Source: Candidatus Eiseniibacteriota bacterium
Lineage (GTDB): Bacteria > Eisenbacteria > RBG-16-71-46 > JABDJR01
Assembly: GCA_963762255.1 (NCBI GenBank)
Contig: CAVXKA010000001.1
Coordinates: 768,001 to 832,000, forward strand
Reading direction: 5' to 3'
Length of the DNA: 64,000 bases
The translations under genes and the position numbers were made by a program. Under the pieces are notes generated by a model. That model was not told the DNA's origin and did no database searches. It saw only the letters and a program-made list of their open reading frames with translations. Of this stretch, positions 1-9,362 are shown piece after piece (the first letter of the stretch is position 1; each line of letters opens with the position of its first letter).

Positions 1-973
1 CGTCGCGAAGCGCCGGATTGGTCGCGAAGGCGACGTAGGTGAGGGCGCGGGACGCCTGGTACAGGTTGGCGTCCTTGGGGGCGCCGACCCCCACGATGAC
101 CGAGTCGAACGGCTCCCGTCCGACGGGCGCCCACGTGAACGGCGCGAGTCGTGTCGAAAGATCTTGCAGGACGTCCGCCGGCGCACCCGCCGCCGCCCCC
201 ACCAGACGCCCCTCACCGTCGAGCGCGACGTTCAACACGAACTGTAGCCGCGCGCGCCGCGCGATCGCATCGAGCGCCGCGTGAAGCGGGTTTCCTTCCA
301 GGCGCCCGAGGCGAGTCCCCGCATGCTCGAGGAAGGCAATCCCGTGGAGCGCGCGGATGGTCTCTTCCGCCGCGCACCCGATCGCCACCGTCTTTCGCCC
401 GCCGGAGAAGCCCGCGTATTGATGCGGCTCCACGATGCCGGTGGAGATCAGGAGATCGCACTCGATCGCGCGCCGGTGCAGGCGCACGGGAACCGCTGCA
501 GGAAGCGGCGTGGGCGCTGTGTCCTCGGGGGCGAGGGCGCCCATATCCCGGTATTCATCGCGCGAGGCGCCCTGAGCGTCTTCGACTCGAAGCGATTCGG
601 CCCAAGTCCCGAGCTTCTGCGTCCGCTCGCCCGCGGTGGAATGCCGGTGCATGCCGAGGGCAATGAGCACCGTGATGTCCTCGTGGCGCACGCCGCCCGC
701 GCGCAGTTCCTCGATGAGGAGCGGGACGAGGATGTGGTCCGGACAGGGCCGTGTCGCGTCGGTGATGGCGATCGTCACGGTGGAACCCGGGCGCGCGAGA
801 TCGCGCAGGCGGGGACCGGCTTTGGGTGTGGAGAGCGCATCTCGAGCCGCGCCCTCCACCGAACGGGTCTCTGCCGGAAGCGCCGGATCCGCGCGCCGGA
901 CATCCCAGGTTCCGGGAAGAGAGAAGACGAGGCTGCCGGTGCCGTAGGGAATCTCCACGCGGTGCTCGGCCAT
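1..973 (-). CDS. larA: LarA-family nickel-pincer-dependent lactate racemase / 2-hydroxyacid epimerase (runs off the left window edge)
   Basis: Not in the ORF track. Manual minus-strand translation from ATG at 973 gives MAEHRVEIPYG...ITDATRPCP...ALGMHR...IVEPHQYAGFSGGRK...NLYQA, matching the LarA motifs DxTRP, GxHR and PHxxAGFSGGxK. Confidence 0.85.
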   Translation of the reverse strand, partial: MAEHRVEIPYGTGSLVFSLPGTWDVRRADPALPAETRSVEGAARDALSTPKAGPRLRDLARPGSTVTIAITDATRPCPDHILVPLLIEELRAGGVRHEDITVLIALGMHRHSTAGERTQKLGTWAESLRVEDAQGASRDEYRDMGALAPEDTAPTPLPAAVPVRLHRRAIECDLLISTGIVEPHQYAGFSGGRKTVAIGCAAEETIRALHGIAFLEHAGTRLGRLEGNPLHAALDAIARRARLQFVLNVALDGEGRLVGAAAGAPADVLQDLSTRLAPFTWAPVGREPFDSVIVGVGAPKDANLYQASRALTYVAFATNPALRD

Positions 974-1069
974 GGGGTCGAGGGTACCATGCGCGACCGA
1001 GTGGGAGCATAATGCGGCGCACGAGGCACGGCTCGGCCCCCGCCGTGTCTCCAACAAGGAAACGCAGTC

Positions 1070-1978
1070 ATGATGGATGTCACTCCCGCCGACCGCGCGC
1101 ATCTCGCCGTCAAGCGCGACCGCGAGGTCAACGGCGTACTGTGGAAAGTACTCTTCCTCAACCTGCTGGTCGCCGTGCTGAAGCTCATCTTCGGGTTCCT
1201 CTCCGGCGCCATCAGCATGGTCGCGGACGGGTTCCATTCCGCCCTCGATGCTTCGAGCAACGTCGTCGGCCTGGTCGGGATGAAGCTGGCGGCCAAGGAA
1301 GCCGACCCCGAACACCCCTACGGCCACCGCAAGTTCGAAGCTCTGGCCGCGCTGGCCATCGCGCTCTTTCTCTTCATCACCTGCTACGAGATCCTCTCTC
1401 GCGTGATCGATCAGTTCCATGGCGCGCACGACGTCGATCCCAGGCTGATCACGTTCCTGGTGATGGTCCTCACCATGGGCGTGAACTTCGGCGTCTCGCG
1501 CTACGAGCGGCGTCAGGGGGTTCGGCTTCGCAGCCTCATCCTGGCGGCGGACTCGCGACACACGCAGAGCGACATCTTCGCGAGCTTCGGCGTGCTGGTC
1601 TCCCTTGCCGCAGCGTTGCTCGGGTTCCCCGTGCTGGACCTCGTGGTGGCGGTCGCGATCGCGGGCTTCATCGCCTTCTCGGGATACCGGATCGTGAGCC
1701 AGGCGTTCACCTCTCTCGCCGACGCGCAGATGGTGGAGCCCAGCGTGGTGGCGGACATCGTGCGCAGCGTGGACGGAGTGACCGACGTGCACCGCGTTCG
1801 TAGTCGGGGCCTCCCCGATGACATTCACATCGACCTCCACGTGCACGTCTCTCCCCAGATGAGCATCGCCGAGGCCCACGAGTTGGCCCACGCGGCGTCG
1901 GAGCGCATCCGCACGGAGATCACGGGGACGACGGACGTGGTTATCCACATGGAGCCGGAGGGGGAGCACGAGGAGTAG
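1070..1978 (+). CDS. Cation diffusion facilitator (CDF, FieF/MamM-like) metal transporter
   Basis: ADGFHSALD, HPYGHRKFE and ADSRHTQSD motifs; about 6 TM segments; C-terminal DLHVHV...EAHELA...IHMEP dimerisation domain. Confidence 0.93.
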   Translation: MMDVTPADRAHLAVKRDREVNGVLWKVLFLNLLVAVLKLIFGFLSGAISMVADGFHSALDASSNVVGLVGMKLAAKEADPEHPYGHRKFEALAALAIALFLFITCYEILSRVIDQFHGAHDVDPRLITFLVMVLTMGVNFGVSRYERRQGVRLRSLILAADSRHTQSDIFASFGVLVSLAAALLGFPVLDLVVAVAIAGFIAFSGYRIVSQAFTSLADAQMVEPSVVADIVRSVDGVTDVHRVRSRGLPDDIHIDLHVHVSPQMSIAEAHELAHAASERIRTEITGTTDVVIHMEPEGEHEE

Positions 1979-2181
1979 CTGGCTACAATCGATTGGACGG
2001 CAATCAATTGGGGTCTGCGGCGTCCGCCGCCGCTCCCCAGCGAAAAATCCTGGAACATTCCTTCCCGGACCGCTGTAGTAGCAGTCACGCACCGCGAGTA
2101 AAGCACCCGCGGATCGCCGGATCGGTTTGGGGGCCTACCCTGTGGCATTGGTGCCCTCCGGATGGCGTCCTTTTAGCTGGC

Positions 2182-2330
2182 GCCGTTAAGTCCGGTAGGC
2201 CACGGTGCAGATGGGGGCGGGACCCCCCTTGTTTCCCCAGGTGCGAGCCTGGATGTCAGAGAAGCGCGAGACCTCCATCACCTCCGTTCGAGTCAGGGAC
2301 AGCAGAGAAGAGCAGCCGGCCGACAGCGGC
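2182..2330 (+). ncRNA. Candidate structured non-coding RNA with a 6S-like rod architecture; family unassigned
   Basis: Ends pair (GCCGTT/AGCGGC, GTC/GAC, CCGGT/GCCGG). Inner stem GATGGGGG/CCTCCATC, apical hairpin CCAGGT-GCGA-GCCTGG with a GNRA loop, and a large asymmetric bubble. Directly followed by an intrinsic terminator; no credible ORF here. Confidence 0.4.
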
Positions 2331-2338
2331 CGGCGAGG

Positions 2339-2375
2339 GAAAGCCCGCCAGGGACCGGCGGGCTTTCTCTTTTCT
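2339..2375 (+). terminator. Rho-independent terminator, possibly bidirectional
   Basis: Stem GAAAGCCCGCC/GGCGGGCTTTC followed by TCTTTTCT. Confidence 0.75.
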
Positions 2376-2420
2376 ATCCGTTTCGCGCGGTTTCGGAGTC
2401 TGTGATCCGGACGGTGGCGC

Positions 2421-3266
2421 CTAGACCGCGCCGAGGCTTGTCTGAAACCAGGAGATCGTCCGCTCGATGGCGCGATGCAGTGCGGGAGGAGTTCCGGAGA
2501 ACGGGTGCGTTGCCCCGAAGGTGTGGTTCGCCCCCTCGATGAGGGCCTGACGCGTGAGGCCGGGATCCGACACGCGGGCCAGCTTGGCCGCCTCCTCAAC
2601 CGGCACCGATTCATCACGCGTGCCGTGCACGATCAGGTAAGGGATGCGCAAGCGGCGCGCAGCGAGCACCGGATCGTAGGCATCGGCGTGTGCGTCGAGA
2701 TCGTCGAGAAACCCCACGCCGAGCTTGAAGACCTGATGCGTGCGCGCGTTCTCGATCTCCACATAACCCTGCTCGCGCCAGAGCTGTCTGGCCGCATCGT
2801 CGAATCGCTGGAAACTGGCCACGGCGGCCCATGTCGCGATCGAGCGCACGCGCGGATCGCGGCCCGCCCGCACGATCGCCACCCCGCCGCCCCGACTATG
2901 GCCGAGAAGACCGAGTCGCCGGACGTCCACGCTCCCCACAGGGATCTCGCGATGACCCACCGCCTCCAGTACGCAGCCGAGATCGTCCAGCTCCTTGCCG
3001 ATCGTGTTGGCCTCGAAGCGAGCCGGCTCCGTGAAGTTCTGAAAGTCCTCGCCGATCCCCGACCCTGAGAAGTTGAAGGTCACGAGCGCGAGCTTGCTCT
3101 CGGCGAATCGCTTCCCGACTTCCGGCCAGAAGCCCCAATTCTTGAAGCCCTTGAATCCGTGGCAGGCGACGATGATCGGCGCGGCTCGAGGCTCCGGGGG
3201 GAGATAGATGTCACCGCAGAGATCGCCATGGGGACCGTCGAGAATCCGGAACGGAGTGGGTGTCAT
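2421..3266 (-). CDS. Alpha/beta-hydrolase (S9/dienelactone hydrolase-like)
   Basis: HGFKGFK oxyanion segment, GHSRGG nucleophile elbow, HGTRDESVP and GANHTF catalytic Asp/His. Confidence 0.9.
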   Translation of the reverse strand: MTPTPFRILDGPHGDLCGDIYLPPEPRAAPIIVACHGFKGFKNWGFWPEVGKRFAESKLALVTFNFSGSGIGEDFQNFTEPARFEANTIGKELDDLGCVLEAVGHREIPVGSVDVRRLGLLGHSRGGGVAIVRAGRDPRVRSIATWAAVASFQRFDDAARQLWREQGYVEIENARTHQVFKLGVGFLDDLDAHADAYDPVLAARRLRIPYLIVHGTRDESVPVEEAAKLARVSDPGLTRQALIEGANHTFGATHPFSGTPPALHRAIERTISWFQTSLGAV

Positions 3267-3478
3267 GAGCGAGGATCTTGAGGGAGAGACGGGGTGGCGA
3301 CAAGGCGTGCGGCCGGACAGAGAAACGCCGCCACTGCAAGCATGCTGGCCGCTATAGCAAGCCTGCCCGGCGGACGGGGATCCGACGGTGTGGCGGCTGC
3401 AGAAACTCTAGAGCGCGCCCGGCGCCCAGGTCAAGAGATGAGCTAAAAATTAAGGATTAGGCTGGGGGCGGGCTGCGG

Positions 3479-5179
3479 TCAGGCAGGCCAGCGGGCCGCG
3501 ATGGGCATCCGCCGCCCGGAGCCGAAAGCTACAGGGGAGATCTTGAGGCCCGGCGCGGCCTGCCGCCGCTTGTACTCCGCCCGGGCAACCATCTTGAGGA
3601 CTCGCCGAACCAGTTCCTCGGGGAGGCCCTCCGCCACCAGCGACTCCACGCCCAGATCCTCCTCCACCGCGCCTTCGAGAATCCGGTCGAGAAGATCGTA
3701 CGGGGGGAGGGTGTCCTGGTCGGTCTGATCCGGCTTCAGCTCGGCCGACGGGGGCTTGTCCATGGTGCTGCGGGGGATGATCTCGCGATCCCGATTCAGC
3801 CGTTGAGCCACCGCGTATACCGTGGTCTTGGGAAGATCGCTGATCACAGCCAGACCGCCGGCCATGTCGCCGTAGAGGGTGCAGTAGCCGACCGCGAGTT
3901 CGCTCTGGTTGCCGGTCGCCAGGAGCAGGTGGCCGAACTTGTTCGAGAGCGCCATGAGCAGAACGGCGCGCGCGCGGGCCTGCAGGTTCTCCTCCGTGAG
4001 GCCGGGCGTCGTGTCGTGGAACAGGCGGTCGAGGGACTGGAGCGACGCGGCGAAGACGGGCTCGATGGAGATGTTTTCGAAGTGGATGCCGAGGTTCTTC
4101 GCCACGGCTTCGGCGTCGCTCACGCTTCCCGGGCTGGAGTAGCGGCTGGGAAGCGCGATCCCCCAGACGTTCTCCGGGCCGAGCGCCTCGGCGGCGATCG
4201 CGGCGGTGAGAGCCGAATCGATGCCGCCCGAGAGCCCGAGCACGGCGGACTGGAACCCGCACTTGTGCGCGTAGTCTCGCAGACCGAGGGTGAGCGCTCG
4301 CCGGATCGACTCGATCTCGTCCAACTCCGGCCGCGCCGCCGCCGGCCAGGGGCTCACGTGCGGACGGCTGGGGTCGAGCGAGACGAGCGGCGCCACCGGG
4401 CGCGGCGATCCTTCGCCCACCTCGGCAAAGAGCATCTCCTCTTCGAAAGGCCGCCCGCAGGCGACCAATTCTCCGGAGGCGTCAAACACGTAGCCCTCGC
4501 CGTCGAAGATCAGCTCGTCGTTGCCCCCCACCTGATTCGTGTAGAGGAACGGCAATCCGTGGCGCGCGGCGTGGCTGGCGAACATCGAGCGGCGCAGCTC
4601 CATCTTCTTCGCGTGGAACGGCGACGAGGAGATGTTGAGGAGCACTTCCGCGCCCGCCTGGGCGAGTTCCTCGACGGGGTCCCGCAGATACAGACGCCTG
4701 GGCCAGAAGCCCGCCTCGTTCCAGGCGTCCTCGCAGATGTGGAGTCCCCAGCGGACGCCGCCGAACTCCACCGGGCGCGCGGGAGATTCGTCGGCTTCGA
4801 AGTAGCGTCCCTCGTCGAACACGTCGTAGGAGGGAAGGAGCTTCTTGCGCACCTCGGCCAGCACGCGCCCCTCCGCGCAGAGGAGGGCACCGTTGCTGAG
4901 CGGTTTGCCTTCGCGGGCCGGATTGGTGAGGGGCGTCCCGAAGATGAGTCCCGCCCGCCCGGTCGCCGCGGCCAGCGAGCCGGCGGTGCGCCCGGCGGCG
5001 GCGACGAACTCGGCCTGGCGAAGGAGATCCCTTGGCGGGTAGCCCGTGAGCGCGAGTTCGGGGAACACCACGAGGTCCGCCCCGCGCGCCACCGCCAGGT
5101 CGTACCAGGCACGGATGCGGGCGGCATTGCCCTCGAGATCGCCCACCACGGGATTGATCTGGCTCAGCGCCACGCGCAT
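3479..5179 (-). CDS. nadE: Glutamine-dependent NAD+ synthetase
   Basis: N-terminal nitrilase domain (FPELALTGYPP, ICEDAW) plus synthetase domain (GLSGGIDS, ENLQARAR, YCTLYGDM, KPPSAEL). Confidence 0.97.
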   Translation of the reverse strand: MRVALSQINPVVGDLEGNAARIRAWYDLAVARGADLVVFPELALTGYPPRDLLRQAEFVAAAGRTAGSLAAATGRAGLIFGTPLTNPAREGKPLSNGALLCAEGRVLAEVRKKLLPSYDVFDEGRYFEADESPARPVEFGGVRWGLHICEDAWNEAGFWPRRLYLRDPVEELAQAGAEVLLNISSSPFHAKKMELRRSMFASHAARHGLPFLYTNQVGGNDELIFDGEGYVFDASGELVACGRPFEEEMLFAEVGEGSPRPVAPLVSLDPSRPHVSPWPAAARPELDEIESIRRALTLGLRDYAHKCGFQSAVLGLSGGIDSALTAAIAAEALGPENVWGIALPSRYSSPGSVSDAEAVAKNLGIHFENISIEPVFAASLQSLDRLFHDTTPGLTEENLQARARAVLLMALSNKFGHLLLATGNQSELAVGYCTLYGDMAGGLAVISDLPKTTVYAVAQRLNRDREIIPRSTMDKPPSAELKPDQTDQDTLPPYDLLDRILEGAVEEDLGVESLVAEGLPEELVRRVLKMVARAEYKRRQAAPGLKISPVAFGSGRRMPIAARWPA

Positions 5180-5268
5180 GAACGCGGCCCTCCTTGAGCG
5201 GCACAGTCTAGCACCGACCGCGCGGTGTGCCGGTTGGCGCGACCGATGCGGGGTGCTAGTTTCGTCTC

Positions 5269-6306
5269 ATGCTTCGCAGGCCAACCGAGCCGACACGACC
5301 CGCCGCCCCCGAGCACGATCCGGCGGGAGGCGAGTCGGCGCCCCTAGAACACGAGGTCGTGCACCGGCGCATCCTTGCCGTGCTGAACCCGGTGGCGGGT
5401 CCGCGCGCCATCCCGCGCCCGACCAAGGAACTGCGCCGCTGGGCGGAGCGGCTCGGAGTGCACCTCGACATCGTGGAGACGCGCCCTGACCTGAACGGTG
5501 AGGCGGCGGTGGAGTCCGTGGGGAGCGAGTACGACTGCCTGCTCGCCGTGGGCGGAGATGGAACGGTGATGGAGGTCGCGGGCGCGGCGATGAAGCTGGG
5601 AATCCCGCTGGCCATCCTCCCGCGCGGAACCGCGAACGCGGTGGCGTGGCGCTTCGGCATCCCCTTCGACGTGGGCCAGGCACTCAAGGTGGCGGCTCAC
5701 GGGCGGTCGGTGTGCATCGACGTCGCCCGAACCCCGCATCGCGACTTTCTGATCATGGCGGGGTTGGGCTACGACGCCGCCGTGATCCGCGGCGCCACGC
5801 GAAGCCTGAAGCGCAGGCTCGGGTTCCTGGCGTACCTCTATTCTGCGCTGCGCAATCTCCGCCGGCGCCCCTATCACTTCCGTGTCTTTCTGGACGACCG
5901 CCCCCCTTTCCGTATCCGCGGAGCCACCGCGGTGATCGCTGATATCGGAACCCTTGCCGGCAACATCCGCCTGGTCAAAGAAGTCGACCCTCAGGACGGG
6001 GTGCTCGATCTCGTCGTGATCGCCCCCGAAAACTTCCGCGACTTCTTCCGCCTCGTATTCTGGGGAGTGTTGGGCCGGCTCGCTGAAGACCCCCGCGTGC
6101 GCACCTACCGCGCGTCGAAGATCAAGCTCGAGTGCCGACCGCTGGCGCCTCTGCAGGTGGACGGTGACGACATTCAAGGCCGTCACCGCGAGCTGGAGGC
6201 CGAGGTGCTCCCCAAGGCACTCATGCTGATGGTGCCCCACGAGGCCAAGCGCTTCCCGTGGATGCCCGAGGTCAAGTGGGAGCAGGGGAAGTTGAGGCGG
6301 CAGTAG
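5269..6306 (+). CDS. Diacylglycerol/lipid kinase family protein (YegS/DAGK-like)
   Basis: NPVAG, GGDGT, LPRGTAN, GLGYDA and QVDGD motifs. Confidence 0.92.
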   Translation: MLRRPTEPTRPAAPEHDPAGGESAPLEHEVVHRRILAVLNPVAGPRAIPRPTKELRRWAERLGVHLDIVETRPDLNGEAAVESVGSEYDCLLAVGGDGTVMEVAGAAMKLGIPLAILPRGTANAVAWRFGIPFDVGQALKVAAHGRSVCIDVARTPHRDFLIMAGLGYDAAVIRGATRSLKRRLGFLAYLYSALRNLRRRPYHFRVFLDDRPPFRIRGATAVIADIGTLAGNIRLVKEVDPQDGVLDLVVIAPENFRDFFRLVFWGVLGRLAEDPRVRTYRASKIKLECRPLAPLQVDGDDIQGRHRELEAEVLPKALMLMVPHEAKRFPWMPEVKWEQGKLRRQ

Positions 6307-6336
6307 ACGACGGTCGTTGGGGGTCGGCGGCTCCGC

Positions 6337-7170
6337 CTAGGCGTACTCCACGCGCACCGGCCCGGGAAGGAGCCCCTTCTCGAAGCCCTCCGTGAGCAGG
6401 AGGTGAACGGCCTGGCGGCCGCGCTCCCCGTAGTCCACGGTGAGGTCGTTGACGTACATCCCCACGAAACGGTCCGTGAGATCCTCGGTCATGTCGCGCC
6501 CATATCGCATGGAGTGGTGCAGAGCATCGCCCCGATGTTCGAGCCCGTAGACGATGGACCGGCGCAGGATGTCCGAGACCGTTGCGATCAACTCGGGGCC
6601 CAGGGAGCGGCGGATGGCGTTCCCTCCAAGCGGCAACGGCAGGCCGTCGGTGCGATCGCGCCACCAGAGGCCGAGGTTCAGGATCTCGACGAGGCCGAGG
6701 TTGTGATACGTGAGTTGGCCCTCATGGATGATGAGCCCGGCGTCGGCGCGGCCCGCCGCCACTTCTTCGAGGATGCGATCGAAGGGGACCACGCGGAATC
6801 GGAAGTTCCCGATGGCGAGCTTGAGGTGCAAGAACGCGCTGGTCATCACGCCCGGCACCGCGATCAGCCTGGAAGGGAGATCGGCCGGCGCGATGGGCTC
6901 GCGAGCCACCACCATGGGGCCGTATCCGTCTCCCATGCTCGCGCCATGAGGGAGGAGCATGTAGCGGTCCTGGAGGTAGGCGTAGGCGTGGATGCTCACC
7001 GCGGTGATGTCGAGTTCCTCCCGCATCGCCCTCCAGTTGAGGGTCTCGATGTCCTGGAGGATGTGCTCGAAGCGGAGCCCCTCCGTGTCGATCTTGTTCG
7101 CGGCGAGGGCGTAGAACATGAAGGCGTCGTCGGGATCGGGGCTGTGCCCCAGGGTCAAGGTGCGGGCCAT
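6337..7170 (-). CDS. mqnD: 1,4-dihydroxy-6-naphthoate synthase (futalosine menaquinone pathway)
   Basis: GHSPDPDDAFMFYAL, GLIIHEGQLTY, LPLPLGGN and MYVN motifs; start placed at ATG 7170. Confidence 0.92.
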   Translation of the reverse strand: MARTLTLGHSPDPDDAFMFYALAANKIDTEGLRFEHILQDIETLNWRAMREELDITAVSIHAYAYLQDRYMLLPHGASMGDGYGPMVVAREPIAPADLPSRLIAVPGVMTSAFLHLKLAIGNFRFRVVPFDRILEEVAAGRADAGLIIHEGQLTYHNLGLVEILNLGLWWRDRTDGLPLPLGGNAIRRSLGPELIATVSDILRRSIVYGLEHRGDALHHSMRYGRDMTEDLTDRFVGMYVNDLTVDYGERGRQAVHLLLTEGFEKGLLPGPVRVEYA

Positions 7171-7206
7171 GGAAATCCTCCCGCGCCAGCCTATCACGGT
7201 CGACGC

Positions 7207-7278
7207 CCCCCTTCACCCGGCGCTTGACGCTGCCCTTCACCGAGCGCCTACGTCCCCCTTCACCCGGCGCTTGACGCT
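7207..7278. repeat. Three tandem ~24-bp direct repeats in the divergent intergenic region between mqnD and the 7336 gene
   Basis: CCCCTTCACCCGGCGCTTGACGCT occurs twice, with a degenerate middle copy GCCCTTCACCGAGCGCCTACGT. Confidence 0.85.
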
Positions 7279-7299
7279 CCAGCCCGTACCCTCTTTAAT
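7271..7299 (+). promoter_or_regulatory. Sigma70-type promoter candidate
   Basis: TTGACG-N17-TTTAAT upstream of the AAGGAGG RBS and ATG 7336. Confidence 0.55.
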
Positions 7300-7335
7300 G
7301 CGCTGGATATCGTCCCGCGAACAAGGAGGGTTCTC

Positions 7336-8151
7336 ATGCGCGCACGTGTGTTGGGGGCGCGAGCGATCGTTCGGCCGGTCATGGCCCTCGCGATTCTGGC
7401 CGGGCTGGCGTCGCAGGCCGCCGCCGAGGCGCCGTTCTTCTACGACGATCTGTCCGTCGCCGCTTCCTACGACCCCAGCTTCGATCCCTCGGCCCGGTCG
7501 GTCGGGACGCTGACCGTGCTCGCACAGGCGTGGTCCCTCCCGCCGGCGGACGATCCTGGCCAAGGCGTCTCGGACCAGGACTACACGCAGCAGTACCGGG
7601 CGCAGTGGAACTTCACGCTGGATGACCGGTCGGCCATCTCCGTCGAGCTGAAGGGCGCGTCCAAAGGAATGGTGGTCGGCGACGACTACTTCATGAAGAG
7701 CGAGTACATCTACAAGGGCGCGCGGGCGCCGCTGTGGGCGTACGGCGGCATCCGCGTTCCGAACGAGACCGATTTCGTGGTGTACGGCGGCGTCGAGACC
7801 ATGTCGTACCGGCTGGGCGATCTGTTCACGAACATGGCCAGCGACCTTCCGCTGGCCTACAAGGGATACGTCGAGATCCGGCACGACCTCGACGATAAGA
7901 ACCCGGCGCTTCGACTCATGCTCCTCGGGCACACCATCCCCGACTGGCTGGTGCCGCGGTTGACCCTGGGCGCCGGTCTGGACACGTATTTCCGCGAGGG
8001 GATGGATCCGAAGTGGTACGTCCAGGGCCATGCCGATTACCTGATCCGGCAGGGCTTCGGCCGGCTGAGCGCCGTTGCCGGATACGCCGTCGATCTGGAC
8101 AGCGACGGGGAGCAGCGGCTGAGCCTGGGCGTCTCCGTGGGGCTTTTCTAG
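7336..8151 (+). CDS. Exported hypothetical protein, probable outer-membrane beta-barrel
   Basis: Signal peptide ending AAAEA, alternating aromatic/hydrophobic strands, C-terminal LSLGVSVGLF (terminal Phe), strong RBS. Confidence 0.65.
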   Translation: MRARVLGARAIVRPVMALAILAGLASQAAAEAPFFYDDLSVAASYDPSFDPSARSVGTLTVLAQAWSLPPADDPGQGVSDQDYTQQYRAQWNFTLDDRSAISVELKGASKGMVVGDDYFMKSEYIYKGARAPLWAYGGIRVPNETDFVVYGGVETMSYRLGDLFTNMASDLPLAYKGYVEIRHDLDDKNPALRLMLLGHTIPDWLVPRLTLGAGLDTYFREGMDPKWYVQGHADYLIRQGFGRLSAVAGYAVDLDSDGEQRLSLGVSVGLF

Positions 8152-8257
8152 GGCGGGGAAGGCCCCGGGGGCTGACGGGGTAGAAGGACCGTGTTCACAA
8201 GGCGGCCCGGCTCGGGACGCCCCCGCGATGGTCAGACCCCCGGTGAGGTTTCTTGCG

Positions 8258-8821
8258 ATGAAGAAGACGATCCTGCTCTGGATAGCGTGCGTTCTGGTTC
8301 TCGTGCCGGCTCTTGCCGAGGCCGCGCCGGCCGGCCTCGAAGTCATCAAGATCACCCCGGCTTCGGCCCCCGAAAACACCAAATCTGCCATCAAACTGCT
8401 CGAGAAGATGCCGGGTTTCGCAAAGGCAGAGTGGGACGCGGAAGCGGGCCTGTTCACGGTCACCGTCGAGGACAGCGCCCACTTCGAACCGCGCGGCCTG
8501 GTTGAGGCGCTGCGGGGCGAGAGGGTCGAGGTCACGCGCCTCTCCATGCACTTCGAGGAAGTCCACGCGCGAACCGAGAACAGCGCCGGGATCATTTACT
8601 CCCCTCCCAACCGGCTCTCCTTTCCAGCGGTGTTCACCTGGAGCGGCCAGCGTTTCTGGGGCTTCTGGGGCAACAACCCCCGCGGGCAGAGCGCGGCGTT
8701 TCGCATGGACCTCGATATCCATCTCGGCGCGGTGGGCGCCGACGGCAAGGCCGCGCCCGATTCGGTAGAGATCATCCGCTTTGAACTGACCAAGCCATAC
8801 TACAAGGGTCAGGAGAACTGA
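8258..8821 (+). CDS. Exported hypothetical protein with an HMA-like ferredoxin-fold N-terminal part lacking CxxC
   Basis: Signal peptide MKKTILLWIACVLVLVPALAEA; LLEKMPGFAKAEWDAEAGLFTVT resembles HMA-fold strands. Confidence 0.6.
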   Translation: MKKTILLWIACVLVLVPALAEAAPAGLEVIKITPASAPENTKSAIKLLEKMPGFAKAEWDAEAGLFTVTVEDSAHFEPRGLVEALRGERVEVTRLSMHFEEVHARTENSAGIIYSPPNRLSFPAVFTWSGQRFWGFWGNNPRGQSAAFRMDLDIHLGAVGADGKAAPDSVEIIRFELTKPYYKGQEN

Positions 8822-8838
8822 CCGGCAAGGAGATCGGC

Positions 8839-9252
8839 GTGACCTTCGAAGCACAGCTTCCTTCCGGGAACGATCCGGAGCGTCTCGCCGAGGCACGGGG
8901 TCTGGGGTGGAATTGGGGCGGGTTCTTCCTCCCCTATTGGTGGCTCCTGGGACACGGCCAGCCTGGCGTGGGGCTTCTGCTTCTGGTGAGCGTCTATATC
9001 CCTTTCGTGAGCATGATCCACCTGCTCCTCTACCCGATCACCGGCATCTACCTGGGGCTGAACGGGTACGAGATGGCCTGGAAGCACAGCCCGTATCACT
9101 CGGTGGCGCAGCTTCAGGACCGCGAGCGACCCTGGGCGTGGTGGGGACTCGCAGGAGTGATTCTGTTCATGGGCTTCGGGCTTCTTGTCCTCGCGTTTTG
9201 GGCCTCGATCGCCGCAAGCCTTCGCGAAGCGCTCCAGGGGCTGCCGGGCTGA
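8839..9252 (+). CDS. Small membrane protein with a WNWGxF motif
   Basis: GTG start with AAGGAG RBS; WNWGGFF...GLNGYEMAWK...W; about 3 TM segments. Confidence 0.7.
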   Translation: MTFEAQLPSGNDPERLAEARGLGWNWGGFFLPYWWLLGHGQPGVGLLLLVSVYIPFVSMIHLLLYPITGIYLGLNGYEMAWKHSPYHSVAQLQDRERPWAWWGLAGVILFMGFGLLVLAFWASIAASLREALQGLPG

Positions 9253-9362
9253 GGGCCTTCGGGTTTGTGACCTCCGCGCGGGTGGTGTGACCGTCGCGCT
9301 GGTGGCGTGACCCTCGCCGGGAACTTGCGTCCTACCGGGTGGAGACCAAACCCGGAGGAAAC

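Noticed and set aside
281-1012. 243-aa plus-strand ORF
   Set aside because: It is antisense to the motif-supported LarA-family gene.
2182-2330. SRP RNA, RNase P RNA, tmRNA or tRNA
   Set aside because: It lacks the SRP GNRA-capped domain IV in the proper geometry, the RNase P GAGGAAAGUCC motif, and tRNA-like acceptor and T arms. Kept only as an unassigned RNA candidate.
7207-7278. CRISPR mini-array
   Set aside because: The middle 'spacer' is itself a degenerate repeat copy, there are only 2-3 units, and no cas genes are present.
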